In this document: piece by piece, positions 20,374 through 29,639 of the stretch
How the letters are laid out: each line of letters starts with the position of its first letter
Position numbering within the stretch: position 1 is the first letter of the stretch
Source: Clostridiales bacterium UBA1770
GTDB lineage: Bacteria; Bacillota; Clostridia; Oscillospirales; CAG-272
Length of the DNA stretch: 64,000 nt
Assembly: GCA_002315325.1 (NCBI GenBank)
Contig: DCGU01000090.1
Location: 12,995 to 76,994, forward strand
Reading direction: 5' to 3'
Notes under the pieces: generated by a model
The model's database searches: none
The model's input: only the letters and a program-made list of their open reading frames with translations
Told to the model about the DNA's origin: nothing
Translations under genes and position numbers: made by a program

Positions 20374-21243
20374 TTATTCTTTCCACCATCTGGTGGAAGC
20401 ACCGCACGGAAGAAGAGCGCCGGTTGCCGTCACCGGCAATCCGAGTTCGCCGGCCTCTACACGACCGCCGTGTTTTTCAATGATGTTGACCTTCATCATA
20501 TAGGCCATCGTTAAGGGAGACAGCCCCGTCGTATAAGAATTTACTAAGAAGAAAAGCGGGTTGTCCGATAAAAGCTGCGCCGTTAACGAAATCAAGGCGT
20601 CAACGTTATCTTCCAATTTCCACACTTCACCATTAGGACCGCGGCCGTAGGACGGCGGGTCCATAATAATCGCATCATAACGATTGCCGCGCCGAATTTC
20701 ACGCTCCACAAACTTTTTACAGTCATCGACGATATACCGAATCGGGGCATTTTCCAAGCCGGATAATGCCGCGTTTTCTTTGGCCTGTTGAACCATACCC
20801 TTAGCGGCATCGACGTGAACCACGGACGCGCCGACAGAAGCTGCAGCAACCGTTGCACCGCCGGTATAGGCAAACAGGTTCAGGACTTTAATCGGTCTGT
20901 TTGCGCGAACAATCAAATCGGAAAACCAGTCCCAGTTGGCCGCCTGTTCCGGGAATAACCCCGTATGTTTAAATCCCATCGGACGCAGCACAAAATGCAG
21001 CTTGCCATAGGATACGTTCCACTGGTCCGGCATTTTATGCTCAATCCATGCACCGCCGCCGGAACCGGAACGACGGTAAATGCCGTCGGCCCTGTGCCAC
21101 ATCGGATGCTTTTTTTCACTGTGCCAAATCACCTGCGGGTCGGGTCTGATCAAAATGTATTTTCCCCATCTTTCCAATCTTTCCCCGTCCGAAGTATCCA
21201 AGAGTTCGTAATCTTTCCAATTTTCACTGTACCATGAAGCCAT
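20374..21243 (-). CDS. Class I SAM-dependent (rRNA-type, RlmI/YwbD-like) methyltransferase
   Basis: LNLFAYTGGATVAAA SAM-binding motif, IIMDPPSYGRG motif IV. Confidence 0.75.
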   Translation of the reverse strand: MASWYSENWKDYELLDTSDGERLERWGKYILIRPDPQVIWHSEKKHPMWHRADGIYRRSGSGGGAWIEHKMPDQWNVSYGKLHFVLRPMGFKHTGLFPEQAANWDWFSDLIVRANRPIKVLNLFAYTGGATVAAASVGASVVHVDAAKGMVQQAKENAALSGLENAPIRYIVDDCKKFVEREIRRGNRYDAIIMDPPSYGRGPNGEVWKLEDNVDALISLTAQLLSDNPLFFLVNSYTTGLSPLTMAYMMKVNIIEKHGGRVEAGELGLPVTATGALLPCGASTRWWKE

Positions 21244-21260
21244 AATGTGCCCCTTCTGCG

Positions 21261-21761
21261 TTATTTCAAATTATAATAGCCGGCCAGGCGCGAGACGCCG
21301 GAATGTGCGTGGCAAATGGCGATTGCCAAAGCGTCCGCCGTATCGTCCGGCTTGGGCGGTTCCGCAAGATTCAAAAGCCTTGTTACCATGGAAATGATCT
21401 GCTTTTTCTCTGCGCGGCCGTAGCCGACAACAGACTGCTTTACCTGCAGGGGCGTATATTCCGCCAATTTGACACCATGTTGTCTGGCACTTAATAAAAT
21501 GACGCCGCGCGCCTCACCGACGCTGATACCGGTCGTCTGGTTTGTGTTAAAAAACAGTTCCTCCACAGCCATCCATTCCGGTTTAAATCGGTTGATCAAC
21601 TCGCCCAATTCGTTATAAATCTGCATCAAGCGGTCTTCCACTGCCGTATGCGCAGGCGTTTGAATGGAACCGTATCCCAAAACGCGAAAGTGAGATTTAT
21701 CATAATCGACCGCCCCCCAGCCGACAATCGCAAGGCCCGGGTCTATTCCTAATATTACCAC
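21261..21761 (-). CDS. ruvC: Crossover junction endodeoxyribonuclease RuvC (GTG start)
   Basis: ILGIDPGLAIVGWG..., VEELFFN, DTADALAIAICH catalytic acidic residues. Confidence 0.93.
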   Translation of the reverse strand: MVILGIDPGLAIVGWGAVDYDKSHFRVLGYGSIQTPAHTAVEDRLMQIYNELGELINRFKPEWMAVEELFFNTNQTTGISVGEARGVILLSARQHGVKLAEYTPLQVKQSVVGYGRAEKKQIISMVTRLLNLAEPPKPDDTADALAIAICHAHSGVSRLAGYYNLK

Positions 21762-21797
21762 GAAAAACCTCGTATAAAAAATATTTTTTCAGTATAA

Positions 21798-21826
21798 ATT
21801 ATAACACAACTATATGATTGTGTCAA
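21798..21826 (-). promoter_or_regulatory. Promoter for ruvC
   Basis: Minus strand: TTGACA (21821-21826), 17 nt, TATAAT (21798-21803). Confidence 0.6.
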
Positions 21827-21911
21827 ATCGTTGCTTCATCTTCAACAAAAGAATAAAAGGGCCTAATAATATCAAAAGCGGAAAAATCAATGCGATTTTT
21901 GTACCGAATGA

Positions 21912-21940
21912 TTGCTTTAGCCCTAACAATATGATATAAT
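21912..21940 (+). promoter_or_regulatory. Promoter for ruvAB with a roughly 183-nt leader
   Basis: TTGCTT (21912-21917), 17 nt, TGaTATAAT (21935-21940). Confidence 0.5.
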
Positions 21941-22129
21941 TAAGACAAAGAAGAATCACCGGAATCTCGCGTGAAATATCCAACGCTGCGCCGAGGGCTC
22001 GCCCCTCACGCGCCGGAAAACAACCAACCGCTTTTCGGCCTTGGTTTCGCCGAGTCGACGCGTTGTTATTTAACGTTTTTATATCCTGATTCATAAAAAA
22101 TGAGCCGCCTACAGCGGCACGGGGGTATT

Positions 22130-22753
22130 ATGTTTTACTACGTACGAGGCTTGTTAGCCCATCTGGAACCCAACATGGCCGTCATTGAAGCATGCGGTGT
22201 CGGGTATCAGTTAACAATCAGTCATACAACGTATGAGGTTATTGCAGGACAAAACCTAAATGAAACGAAAAAAGACGTCAAGCTCTATACGCACTTTGCC
22301 GTACGGGAAGACGGTGTGGAACTGTTCGGGTTCGCAACGGAAGCCGAACTCGGCGCCTTCCGCAAATTGATAACCGTTTCGGGTGTCGGCCCCAAAGTTG
22401 CCGTTTCCGTTCTTTCCCTGCTCCCCCCTGATAAGTTCTATGCTGCTGTCTGCACGGAAGATACGAAGCTGATTGCCAAGGCCAGCGGTGTCGGCGCCAA
22501 AACGGCTGCACGTATTGTTTTGGAGCTGAAAGACAAAATACAAAAAGAAAACGTCGGTGCCTTCACACCGCAAGACTCATACGTCTCGACAACTTCGATG
22601 CCTGCCGGCGGCGTTTTAAACGATGCGATGGACACGCTGCAGGCGCTCGGATTTACTCGGCAGGAAATCATTCCCGTGCTCAAAGATATTAAAGCCGACA
22701 ATATGGCGTTGCAGGATATTATTAAGGCAGCCCTGAAGCGTTTGACGAAGTGA
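22130..22753 (+). CDS. ruvA: Holliday junction DNA helicase subunit RuvA (start moved to MFYYVRG...)
   Basis: MFYYVRGLL...[13 protein letters not shown]-fold N-terminus, two HhH motifs ([18 protein letters not shown]). GGGGG SD before the ATG at 22130. Confidence 0.92.
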   Translation: MFYYVRGLLAHLEPNMAVIEACGVGYQLTISHTTYEVIAGQNLNETKKDVKLYTHFAVREDGVELFGFATEAELGAFRKLITVSGVGPKVAVSVLSLLPPDKFYAAVCTEDTKLIAKASGVGAKTAARIVLELKDKIQKENVGAFTPQDSYVSTTSMPAGGVLNDAMDTLQALGFTRQEIIPVLKDIKADNMALQDIIKAALKRLTK

Positions 22754-22760
22754 GGTCATC

Positions 22761-23861
22761 ATGGACAGATATTTTGAAAGCAATGAACCGGATTTCGAAA
22801 ATCGGTTAATGTCAACGACGTATACGCCTGCCGACGCAGACAACGAAAATTCCCTTCGTCCCAAAACGCTGGAGGAATACATCGGCCAGGCAAAAGCCAA
22901 AGAAAACCTAAAAGTGTATATTGCAGCGGCAAAGCAGCGGAACGAATCGCTCGACCACGTTTTACTGTATGGTCCTCCCGGGTTGGGTAAAACGACGCTT
23001 TCAACCATTATTGCCGCCGAGATGGGCGTGAATATTCGCGTTACGTCCGGGCCGGCCATTGAAAAACAGGGCGATTTGGTTGCCCTGTTGACCAACTTGA
23101 ACGAAGGCGACGTTTTGTTCATTGATGAAATTCACAGATTATCCCGCGCCGTTGAAGAAATTCTCTATCCGGCCATGGAAGATTTCGCCGTGGATATTAT
23201 CATCGGTAAAGGTCCTGCTGCCAGAAGCATCCGCATCGACTTGCCCAAATTCACGTTAATCGGTGCAACCACCCGTGCCGGGCAGCTTTCCACACCGCTT
23301 CGCGACAGATTCGGCGTCGTTTTAAAATTGGAGCTCTACACCCCCGAAGAGCTGTCGATGATTGTCAAACGCAGTGCCGGCATTTTAAACTATGAAATCA
23401 CAAGTGACGGTGCGTACGAAATTGCCTCGCGTTCCCGCGGAACACCGCGTATTGCCAACCGGATGTTAAAACGCGTGCGCGATTTTGCCCAAGTTGACGG
23501 CAAAACGCAAATTGATTCCGCCATTTCCAATTTCGCCTTAAACAAGCTTGAAATTGACCGCTTGGGTTTGGATAATATTGACCGCAGAATGCTGGAAACG
23601 ATTATCAAATTCTACGACGGCGGTCCCGTCGGTCTTGAAACGTTGGCGGCAACCATCGGCGAGGAGGCCGTCACGTTGGAAGACGTGTACGAGCCCTATT
23701 TGATGCAAATCGGCTTTTTAAGCCGAACACCGCGCGGCAGATGTGTCACGCGTTTGGGATACGATCATCTCGGCATCCCCTTTCAGACTGTGCCGAGTCC
23801 TGCCGAACAAATTGCCCTGTTCGGGGCGGAAAAAGATGATGATAATAAAGCCAATCATTAA
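22761..23861 (+). CDS. ruvB: Holliday junction DNA helicase RuvB
   Basis: [45 protein letters not shown]. Confidence 0.96.
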   Translation: MDRYFESNEPDFENRLMSTTYTPADADNENSLRPKTLEEYIGQAKAKENLKVYIAAAKQRNESLDHVLLYGPPGLGKTTLSTIIAAEMGVNIRVTSGPAIEKQGDLVALLTNLNEGDVLFIDEIHRLSRAVEEILYPAMEDFAVDIIIGKGPAARSIRIDLPKFTLIGATTRAGQLSTPLRDRFGVVLKLELYTPEELSMIVKRSAGILNYEITSDGAYEIASRSRGTPRIANRMLKRVRDFAQVDGKTQIDSAISNFALNKLEIDRLGLDNIDRRMLETIIKFYDGGPVGLETLAATIGEEAVTLEDVYEPYLMQIGFLSRTPRGRCVTRLGYDHLGIPFQTVPSPAEQIALFGAEKDDDNKANH

Positions 23862-23884
23862 GGACGTAAACATTCATCAGTCAT

Positions 23885-23921
23885 CAAAAAAGCGGAAGAT
23901 TAAAAATCTTCCGCTTTTTTG
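23885..23921. terminator. Bidirectional terminator (ruvB / DUF2974 gene)
   Basis: AAAAAAGCGGAAGAT-TAAAA-ATCTTCCGCTTTTTT. Confidence 0.8.
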
Positions 23922-23932
23922 ATGCATATCCG

Positions 23933-25060
23933 TTATTTTTGCGTTTTTTCACGAAAAAATGATTTTGCGCCGAATAACGTTTCAAAGACAGATTTGCTGC
24001 CTTCGTCCAGCAATAAGCCGAGAACGTGACGCATCATTTTTCTTTCCTCTGGGGGCATTTTTGTCCATGCAGGAATCAGTTTCATCGGCGATGCATTCAC
24101 TTCCGATAACGTTTGCGCATGGAAGGACCCCAGAAAATCAAACAGCGTATCGCAGAATTTCTTTTTTTCTTCCACTGACAGCTCGCTCATCCATTTTTTC
24201 AACACGAGTCTTGTGCGAATCGCTTCTTTGGAAAAGTGCGGCAGCGTAACGTAATGATTCCCCAACAACTGCCAGGAGAATCCATCGTGCTGCATCACGC
24301 CCTTTGCATCACTTTCGACAATCAATTCGGTACCGCGGTGCTCAAACAGCATGCCGATAATCGAGTTTTCCGGATAGACGTTGAGAACCAAATCGGCTAT
24401 TTTCAAAAACTCTTTTCTTTCAAAAAACGCATCCGGGAACCCGGGGCCGTCATTGTTATAAATTTGAACAATCCGTTTTTGAACTTTTGCGGGCGCGTTT
24501 GCTGCAGCGTAGATTGCCAAATTACCGCCCTTGCTGTGCCCTCCGACTCGTATTTTACCGCCAAAAGCCGCCGCAACGCTTTTCAAATAGGCAACTGCTT
24601 CCCCCTGCGCCGGCACTTCTTCCATAAATGATAAATTAACGTCCTCTTTCCAACCGACCAACGTATCGTCGGTGCCGCGGAAGGCAACGTAGACAGTTTT
24701 ATCGGGCAGCAAAAAGGTTGTGGCGGAAAATTGAAGTTCTTTTTTAACGTCGATATCATTGACGTAACAGGCAACGCCGATTTGACCGAACCGAGCTGAC
24801 TCTGCCATTTGCCGTACCATTTCGGGGATGGCGGCAGGAACGACCAGTCCCATCTGCATTTGTGACAGTTCACGCCGGAGTAAATATGCGTCAACCGCCT
24901 GCCGCAACGTCGTCACGGTGTTTGTGCCGGGTGCCGAAATAATGCCGCTCCAATTAAAAAAAGACGCTTCGGACAGGAGCAGATTGTCCACCTCGTTAAA
25001 AGGGTCGGCCGAAAAACAGACGTCACCGCGCCATTTTAAATAATCAATAATATTAGCCAT
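23933..25060 (-). CDS. DUF2974 (Mbeg1-like) alpha/beta-hydrolase-fold protein (start moved to MANIIDY...)
   Basis: GHSKGGNLA nucleophile-elbow motif and the YVAFRGTD lipase-class-3-like strand. The longer TTG-start ORF runs into the upstream terminator. Confidence 0.7.
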   Translation of the reverse strand: MANIIDYLKWRGDVCFSADPFNEVDNLLLSEASFFNWSGIISAPGTNTVTTLRQAVDAYLLRRELSQMQMGLVVPAAIPEMVRQMAESARFGQIGVACYVNDIDVKKELQFSATTFLLPDKTVYVAFRGTDDTLVGWKEDVNLSFMEEVPAQGEAVAYLKSVAAAFGGKIRVGGHSKGGNLAIYAAANAPAKVQKRIVQIYNNDGPGFPDAFFERKEFLKIADLVLNVYPENSIIGMLFEHRGTELIVESDAKGVMQHDGFSWQLLGNHYVTLPHFSKEAIRTRLVLKKWMSELSVEEKKKFCDTLFDFLGSFHAQTLSEVNASPMKLIPAWTKMPPEERKMMRHVLGLLLDEGSKSVFETLFGAKSFFREKTQK

Positions 25061-25075
25061 ATTCCCTACACTTTC

Positions 25076-25111
25076 AAAAAAACGGTGCAATCTCTTACAC
25101 CGTTTTGTTTT
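25076..25111 (-). terminator. Terminator after the MGS-like gene
   Basis: AAAACGGTG-loop-CACCGTTTT with a U-run on the minus strand. Confidence 0.6.
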
Positions 25112-25537
25112 TTATGAGTCCCGACGACCATTATTCGGTCGGGGATTGACGTACTCTCTCCAAGACAAATCACCGCGGTCCAGTGCCGTAATGATGACCT
25201 CGGCTGTTGCAATATTCGTTGCAACAGGAATATTATACATGTCGCAGAGTCTGAAAATTTCATGTTCTTCTTCATCTTTTGCACCGCCGGGTCTTGTATC
25301 ACGGAAATAGAGCAAAATGTCTACCTCGTTGTAGGCGATTCTGGAAGCAATTTGAGATCTGCCGCCCTGATGCCCTGACATCAACGTTTCAATCTGCAAA
25401 CCGGTCGCTTCGGAAATGTATTTTGCCGTGGTCGCAGTTGCACACAAATTGTGCTTACTTAACACACCGCAATACGCAATACAAAATTGCGTCATCAATT
25501 CTTTTTTATAATCGTGTGCAATAATGGCAATTTGCAT
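25112..25537 (-). CDS. Methylglyoxal synthase-like domain protein (catalytic residues not conserved)
   Basis: Clear MGS fold similarity (IAIIAHDYKK, ATATT, ATGLQIE, NIPVATN). However, GGDQQ is GGRSQ and the PH(D/E)PD segment is replaced. Confidence 0.7.
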   Translation of the reverse strand: MQIAIIAHDYKKELMTQFCIAYCGVLSKHNLCATATTAKYISEATGLQIETLMSGHQGGRSQIASRIAYNEVDILLYFRDTRPGGAKDEEEHEIFRLCDMYNIPVATNIATAEVIITALDRGDLSWREYVNPRPNNGRRDS

Positions 25538-25585
25538 GCGGTTATTCCCTCCTCGGTTAATAATAAATGTTTCTCTACTGAATGA

Positions 25586-25615
25586 TTATACCACTAAGTA
25601 CCCAAATTTGTCAAA
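25586..25615 (-). promoter_or_regulatory. Promoter for the MGS-like gene
   Basis: Minus strand: TTGACA (25610-25615), 18 nt, TATAAT (25586-25591). Confidence 0.55.
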
Positions 25616-25641
25616 TAAACGTCCTGTTTCTTTGGATATTA

Positions 25642-26802
25642 TTACTGTTTCATATACGTTGCGGCGTTTTGATACATAACGTTTAGGTCACTGACCAAAT
25701 CCTTCAGTACCGCTCCGGAAGACGACTCCGAAACCGTGACCAAAATATAATGCCCGCCGCGTTCGTCCGTCGTCATGGAAACCAACGCTTTGATATAAAC
25801 GGTTTCCTTTTTGCCGATTTGATAACTTTCCGTTCCGGTTTTTGCCGCCGCAACGTAATACCCTGCAGCCGGCTTTCTGGAATACGACGTGTTTTTGGAA
25901 TAAAAGTCAAAAAACAACGTATGCTTAGGCCAAAAATTCTTTTTGGCTCCGTTCAACTCAAACGGCAATCCGGCTTCTTCGGTACCGAGTATCTCCGTTA
26001 ATATGTCTACCTGCATGGCATTGGCCATAATGACAGCCATATCTAACGCCGTAGAATACAGGTTTTCATCATAAATACCGATGGCATTGGTAAAATGCGT
26101 ATCCCGCAGCTGTAAATCCTGCGCTTTTTGATTCATCCATGCGACAAACGTTTCGTGGGAACCGGCCAAATAATCGGTTAACACCAGTGTGGCATCGGCA
26201 GCGGATTCCATTCCGATTAAATACATCAGCGTTTTTACAGGGACCGTCATATTATCCTTTTTGTCAAATTTGTAGGATACGAACTGTTCCGTCCCTTTCA
26301 ACAAATCGGCATATTGATCGAACAATTCCCCCTTCACAGGCACTTCGTCTTCCAATGAAGTCACGTGTTCTGCCGCCACAAGAAGCGTCATGACTTTTGT
26401 CATGGAGGCGGGATGAATGCGTTCGTCGGCATTCAATGATGCCAGCAGCGCCATCTCCCCGTTGTCGCTTTTCAGCAACGCGATATGATCCGAGATAAAG
26501 GAGGACGCATTGACTGCAGTGACGTTGTCGCGCTCGACTTCCGTCAGGATGGTATTCAGTCTGTATGGGTAGATCACCGGATTTTCGTCCTGCGGGGAAT
26601 CCGACGGTTCGTCATCGACGGACGGCGTACTGTCCGAAGGATTCGTTTGGGTGCCGTCCTGTTTCTCTTCAAGAAGAAAACGGCGCAAAGGACTGCCGAC
26701 GGCAAATAAGACGACAACCAACAAAAAAGCAAAAAACGCGCCGAAAACAAAACGCGAAAACTGTTTAAAGTTGTTTTTGGGTTCAGTTTGTTTTACTGCC
26801 AT
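25642..26802 (-). CDS. D-alanyl-D-alanine carboxypeptidase (S11 family, membrane-anchored)
   Basis: N-terminal TM anchor, SMTKVMT (SxxK), later TNAIG and KTGT-like (KTGTES) motifs. Confidence 0.8.
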   Translation of the reverse strand: MAVKQTEPKNNFKQFSRFVFGAFFAFLLVVVLFAVGSPLRRFLLEEKQDGTQTNPSDSTPSVDDEPSDSPQDENPVIYPYRLNTILTEVERDNVTAVNASSFISDHIALLKSDNGEMALLASLNADERIHPASMTKVMTLLVAAEHVTSLEDEVPVKGELFDQYADLLKGTEQFVSYKFDKKDNMTVPVKTLMYLIGMESAADATLVLTDYLAGSHETFVAWMNQKAQDLQLRDTHFTNAIGIYDENLYSTALDMAVIMANAMQVDILTEILGTEEAGLPFELNGAKKNFWPKHTLFFDFYSKNTSYSRKPAAGYYVAAAKTGTESYQIGKKETVYIKALVSMTTDERGGHYILVTVSESSSGAVLKDLVSDLNVMYQNAATYMKQ

Positions 26803-26815
26803 TTGTTTCTTTTCC

Positions 26816-28066
26816 TCAACCGTTTTTTTGACGAATCACCGCCTGCGTATCATACAACCCGATTTCAGGGGCTTGATACTTTGCCATACGCGGATTTTGT
26901 TCCCACTCAATGTCGCTGTCCCCTAACGAGCAGTGACTCAATTGCAAATCATTCACCGGTGTTCCGATATACATAAAATGTTTGACCGGCTTTAACACCT
27001 GTACGTTTTCAAACGAAATCCCTTCCACTTCCGGAACGGGAGAGCCGCTGTGATAACTTTTCAGATATTCACTGTAATCCGTATAAATCATGACGGCTAT
27101 ATTGCGTTTCTGTTCCAAGAAAGCGTTTTTCACCACAATGTTTTTACAACCTGCCGGCACAGACAACTGTTCGGCACTGTAACCCTTGTTGGTTCTCAAC
27201 CAACGAATTCCGTCAAGCGTCACAAAACCGTCCTCGTGTGTCGGCGGCGTCACGGACGTATAGGAAACGTTATCCGTGTTCATGACGACGCGGTACATCC
27301 TGCCGTCATTGATAACGGCATCCGAATGATAAACGGTCATTCCCGGATGCCACGTCAAGGGTGTACCAACCAAAATGCGTAAAAACATTGATTCGGTATA
27401 CTGCCCCGGCAAATCGACAATATTTTCGATAATACCGTCTTCAATGGAACCGATGTTGGGATTGGAAACGGAATAATCGCTGCAGTTTAAAGCAATATCA
27501 TCGTCATACGTTCTGAATCGGCAATTCTTCAAAATAAAACGTTTTCCGGGGCCGAAATGGATGCCGTCTTTCATACCCTCTGCCTGTACGTTTTCCACCG
27601 TTACGTCTTCAAAATCGGAGATCTGAATCGCATAATCACACGCGCCTAAATCCGTCACAAGCATATCGGAGACGTATAAACCTTTTACGTAGAAGAATGC
27701 AACGTGACCGCGGAGGCCGGTAATCGTTCGCGTTCCGCCGTCCCGCGCATCTTTGCGCTCAACGCCGTTTGTCACGAGATGCAGCCCTTCCAGCGAAATA
27801 TCTTCATCGTATTCCGCCGTGAAAGCGCCTTTGTTGATAAACAAATTCCCGTTGTCTCCGTCTGCGGCACGTTCACGCACAACAGTAGTACCGGTTCCAA
27901 ACTTTAAATGATTGCCGGTGTTCAAAATAACCGGGCCGGTCAACCGGTATATTCCGGGAAAGGAAACGATAACGTCATCGTTTTCACAAAGAATTCGATT
28001 TAACACAGTGGTATTCGTTTCACCGTCATTCTCCGTCGAAAAGCCCAACGCGCATGCGTTTACCAT
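26816..28066 (-). CDS. Right-handed parallel beta-helix (pectin-lyase-fold) protein, possibly a glycoside hydrolase. No signal peptide.
   Basis: N-terminal 'GxxDDTxxLNxxL'-like opening typical of pectate-lyase-superfamily proteins. Repetitive beta-helix coil pattern with D/H-rich turns. Confidence 0.55.
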   Translation of the reverse strand: MVNACALGFSTENDGETNTTVLNRILCENDDVIVSFPGIYRLTGPVILNTGNHLKFGTGTTVVRERAADGDNGNLFINKGAFTAEYDEDISLEGLHLVTNGVERKDARDGGTRTITGLRGHVAFFYVKGLYVSDMLVTDLGACDYAIQISDFEDVTVENVQAEGMKDGIHFGPGKRFILKNCRFRTYDDDIALNCSDYSVSNPNIGSIEDGIIENIVDLPGQYTESMFLRILVGTPLTWHPGMTVYHSDAVINDGRMYRVVMNTDNVSYTSVTPPTHEDGFVTLDGIRWLRTNKGYSAEQLSVPAGCKNIVVKNAFLEQKRNIAVMIYTDYSEYLKSYHSGSPVPEVEGISFENVQVLKPVKHFMYIGTPVNDLQLSHCSLGDSDIEWEQNPRMAKYQAPEIGLYDTQAVIRQKNG

Positions 28067-28108
28067 ACGGATATCATCCCCTTTGCAATCATTTCAAAAA
28101 AGCCAAAT

Positions 28109-29602
28109 TTAAGCGTCAATTTCCGGAATATGCAGCGATTTTTTGCTGAATTTCGGTTCACAGCTGAGCAAAATACCAAGCGTCTTATATAATTTTTCGT
28201 CAACAGCAGACGGAATAACTGTAAAATGCGCTTCCTTATTTTTTAACATATCCAGGCATTTTAATGCTTTCGCCGCATCCTCATTGTGCGTTGCACTCAT
28301 CGTCAATGCGATCAACACTTCGTCTGAATGCAGACGGGGATTGTGATGATGCAAATGTTCCAGTTTCAATTTACAAAGAGGTTCCAAATCGTTGGGACTG
28401 ATAATATCCGTGTCTTTGTCAATACCGGCAAGATATTTCAGCGCATTGAGCACCAATGCAGCCGCACATCCAAGAAGCGCCGACGTTTTACCGGTAACAA
28501 TGGTACCATCATCCATCATCATAGCTGCCGCCGGTGTTGTTGTAACTCGTTCAACTTCAGCTGCGCGGGCAATCAGCGGATTGATATCTGCCGTAACGCC
28601 TGTTTGCTGCATTAACAATTCCAATTTTTCAATACACTTTTCGCCGGTGCCGTGACGGGCAAAATCAACAAGCGCTGTATAATAGCGGCGGAGAATTTCA
28701 TGCTTGGCCGCTTCACGTACTGCCTCGTCATCCTCAATGCATAAACCCGCCATATTAACACCCATATCTGTCGGCGACTGATACGGGGATTCGCCCTGAA
28801 TCATTTCCATCATGGAACGAAGAACAGGGAAAATTTCAACGTCACGGTTGTAGTTTACCGTTGTCTTTCCGTATGCTTCCAAATGAAAAGGGTCAATCAT
28901 ATTAACGTCATCCAAATCAACCGTGGCAGCCTCATATGCCACGTTTACAGGATGCTTGAGCGGCAGGTTCCAAATGGGGAACGTTTCAAATTTAGCATAA
29001 CCGGCACGCACACCGCGCTTATATTCATGATACAATTGCGACAGACAGGTAGCCATTTTGCCGCTGCCGGGACCGGGTGCCGTTACAACGACAAGCGGCT
29101 TTTTCGTTTCAACAAACTCATTTTTACCGAAACCATTTTCGGACACGATATGATTCACGTCGGAAGGATAACCGGCAATCGTATAATGCAGGAAACTGGG
29201 GACACCGACGTTACCGAGTTTATTTCTGAAAGCAATAGCCTGCTCCTGACCGGCAAACTGCGTAATCACGACACCGCCGACGTAAAAGCCAAGTCCCCTA
29301 AATATTTCTATCAGGCGCAAAGCATCCTCGTCATACGTAATGCCGAGGTCTCCGCGCACCTTATTTTTTACAATATCGTTCGCATTCACGACGATAATCA
29401 TTTCGACGTCTTCTTTTAGCTGCTGCAGCATCTTGATTTTGCTGCCGGGGGCAAAACCGGGCAAAACGCGTGACGCATGATAGTCGTCAAACAACTTGCC
29501 GCCGAACTCCAAGTAGAGTTTACCGCCGAACTTGGCAATTCTTTCTCGGATATGCTCCGATTGCATCGTAATATATTTTTCGTTATTAAAACCGATTTTC
29601 AT
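28109..29602 (-). CDS. DUF1846 / UPF0371 family protein (start moved to MKIGFNNEKY...)
   Basis: The MKIGFNNEKYI..QSEHIRERI...LYLEFGGKLFDDYHASRVLPGF N-terminus is characteristic of UPF0371. AGAAGGA SD before the ATG at 29602. Confidence 0.75.
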   Translation of the reverse strand: MKIGFNNEKYITMQSEHIRERIAKFGGKLYLEFGGKLFDDYHASRVLPGFAPGSKIKMLQQLKEDVEMIIVVNANDIVKNKVRGDLGITYDEDALRLIEIFRGLGFYVGGVVITQFAGQEQAIAFRNKLGNVGVPSFLHYTIAGYPSDVNHIVSENGFGKNEFVETKKPLVVVTAPGPGSGKMATCLSQLYHEYKRGVRAGYAKFETFPIWNLPLKHPVNVAYEAATVDLDDVNMIDPFHLEAYGKTTVNYNRDVEIFPVLRSMMEMIQGESPYQSPTDMGVNMAGLCIEDDEAVREAAKHEILRRYYTALVDFARHGTGEKCIEKLELLMQQTGVTADINPLIARAAEVERVTTTPAAAMMMDDGTIVTGKTSALLGCAAALVLNALKYLAGIDKDTDIISPNDLEPLCKLKLEHLHHHNPRLHSDEVLIALTMSATHNEDAAKALKCLDMLKNKEAHFTVIPSAVDEKLYKTLGILLSCEPKFSKKSLHIPEIDA

Positions 29603-29639
29603 ACGGTCCTTCTTTCTTATTTTAAAACAAATCAAAAAA

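Noticed and set aside
19320-20402. N-terminally extended ORF-track models: ecfA1 (to 20402), uppS (to 10039), ecfT (to 18456), ruvA (from 22100), DUF2974 (to 25090), DUF1846 (to 29635), cdaR-like (to 33521), ACP (from 38063), TSCPD (from 41092), mutase (from 41184), CNNM1 (from 51152), ylxM (from 53880), rpsP (from 55736), glpK (from 56337), GH38 (from 57821), TIM barrel (to 61742).
   Set aside because: The extensions overlap upstream genes or terminator hairpins, encode non-homologous junk residues, or use TTG. In each case an internal ATG preceded by a good SD matches the family N-terminus.
21810-22094. 94-aa minus-strand ORF with a hydrophobic C-terminal half in the ruvC/ruvA intergenic region (a possible small membrane protein or toxin).
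   Set aside because: There is no SD before its ATG. It spans both divergent promoters and the GC-rich leader. The hydrophobic stretch is simply what AT-rich DNA encodes (I/L/F/K). The region is treated as non-coding.
21827-22129. Searched for a LexA/DinR SOS box (GAAC-N4-GTTC type) upstream of ruvAB and ruvC.
   Set aside because: No such inverted repeat is present in the divergent control region, so SOS control cannot be claimed from sequence.
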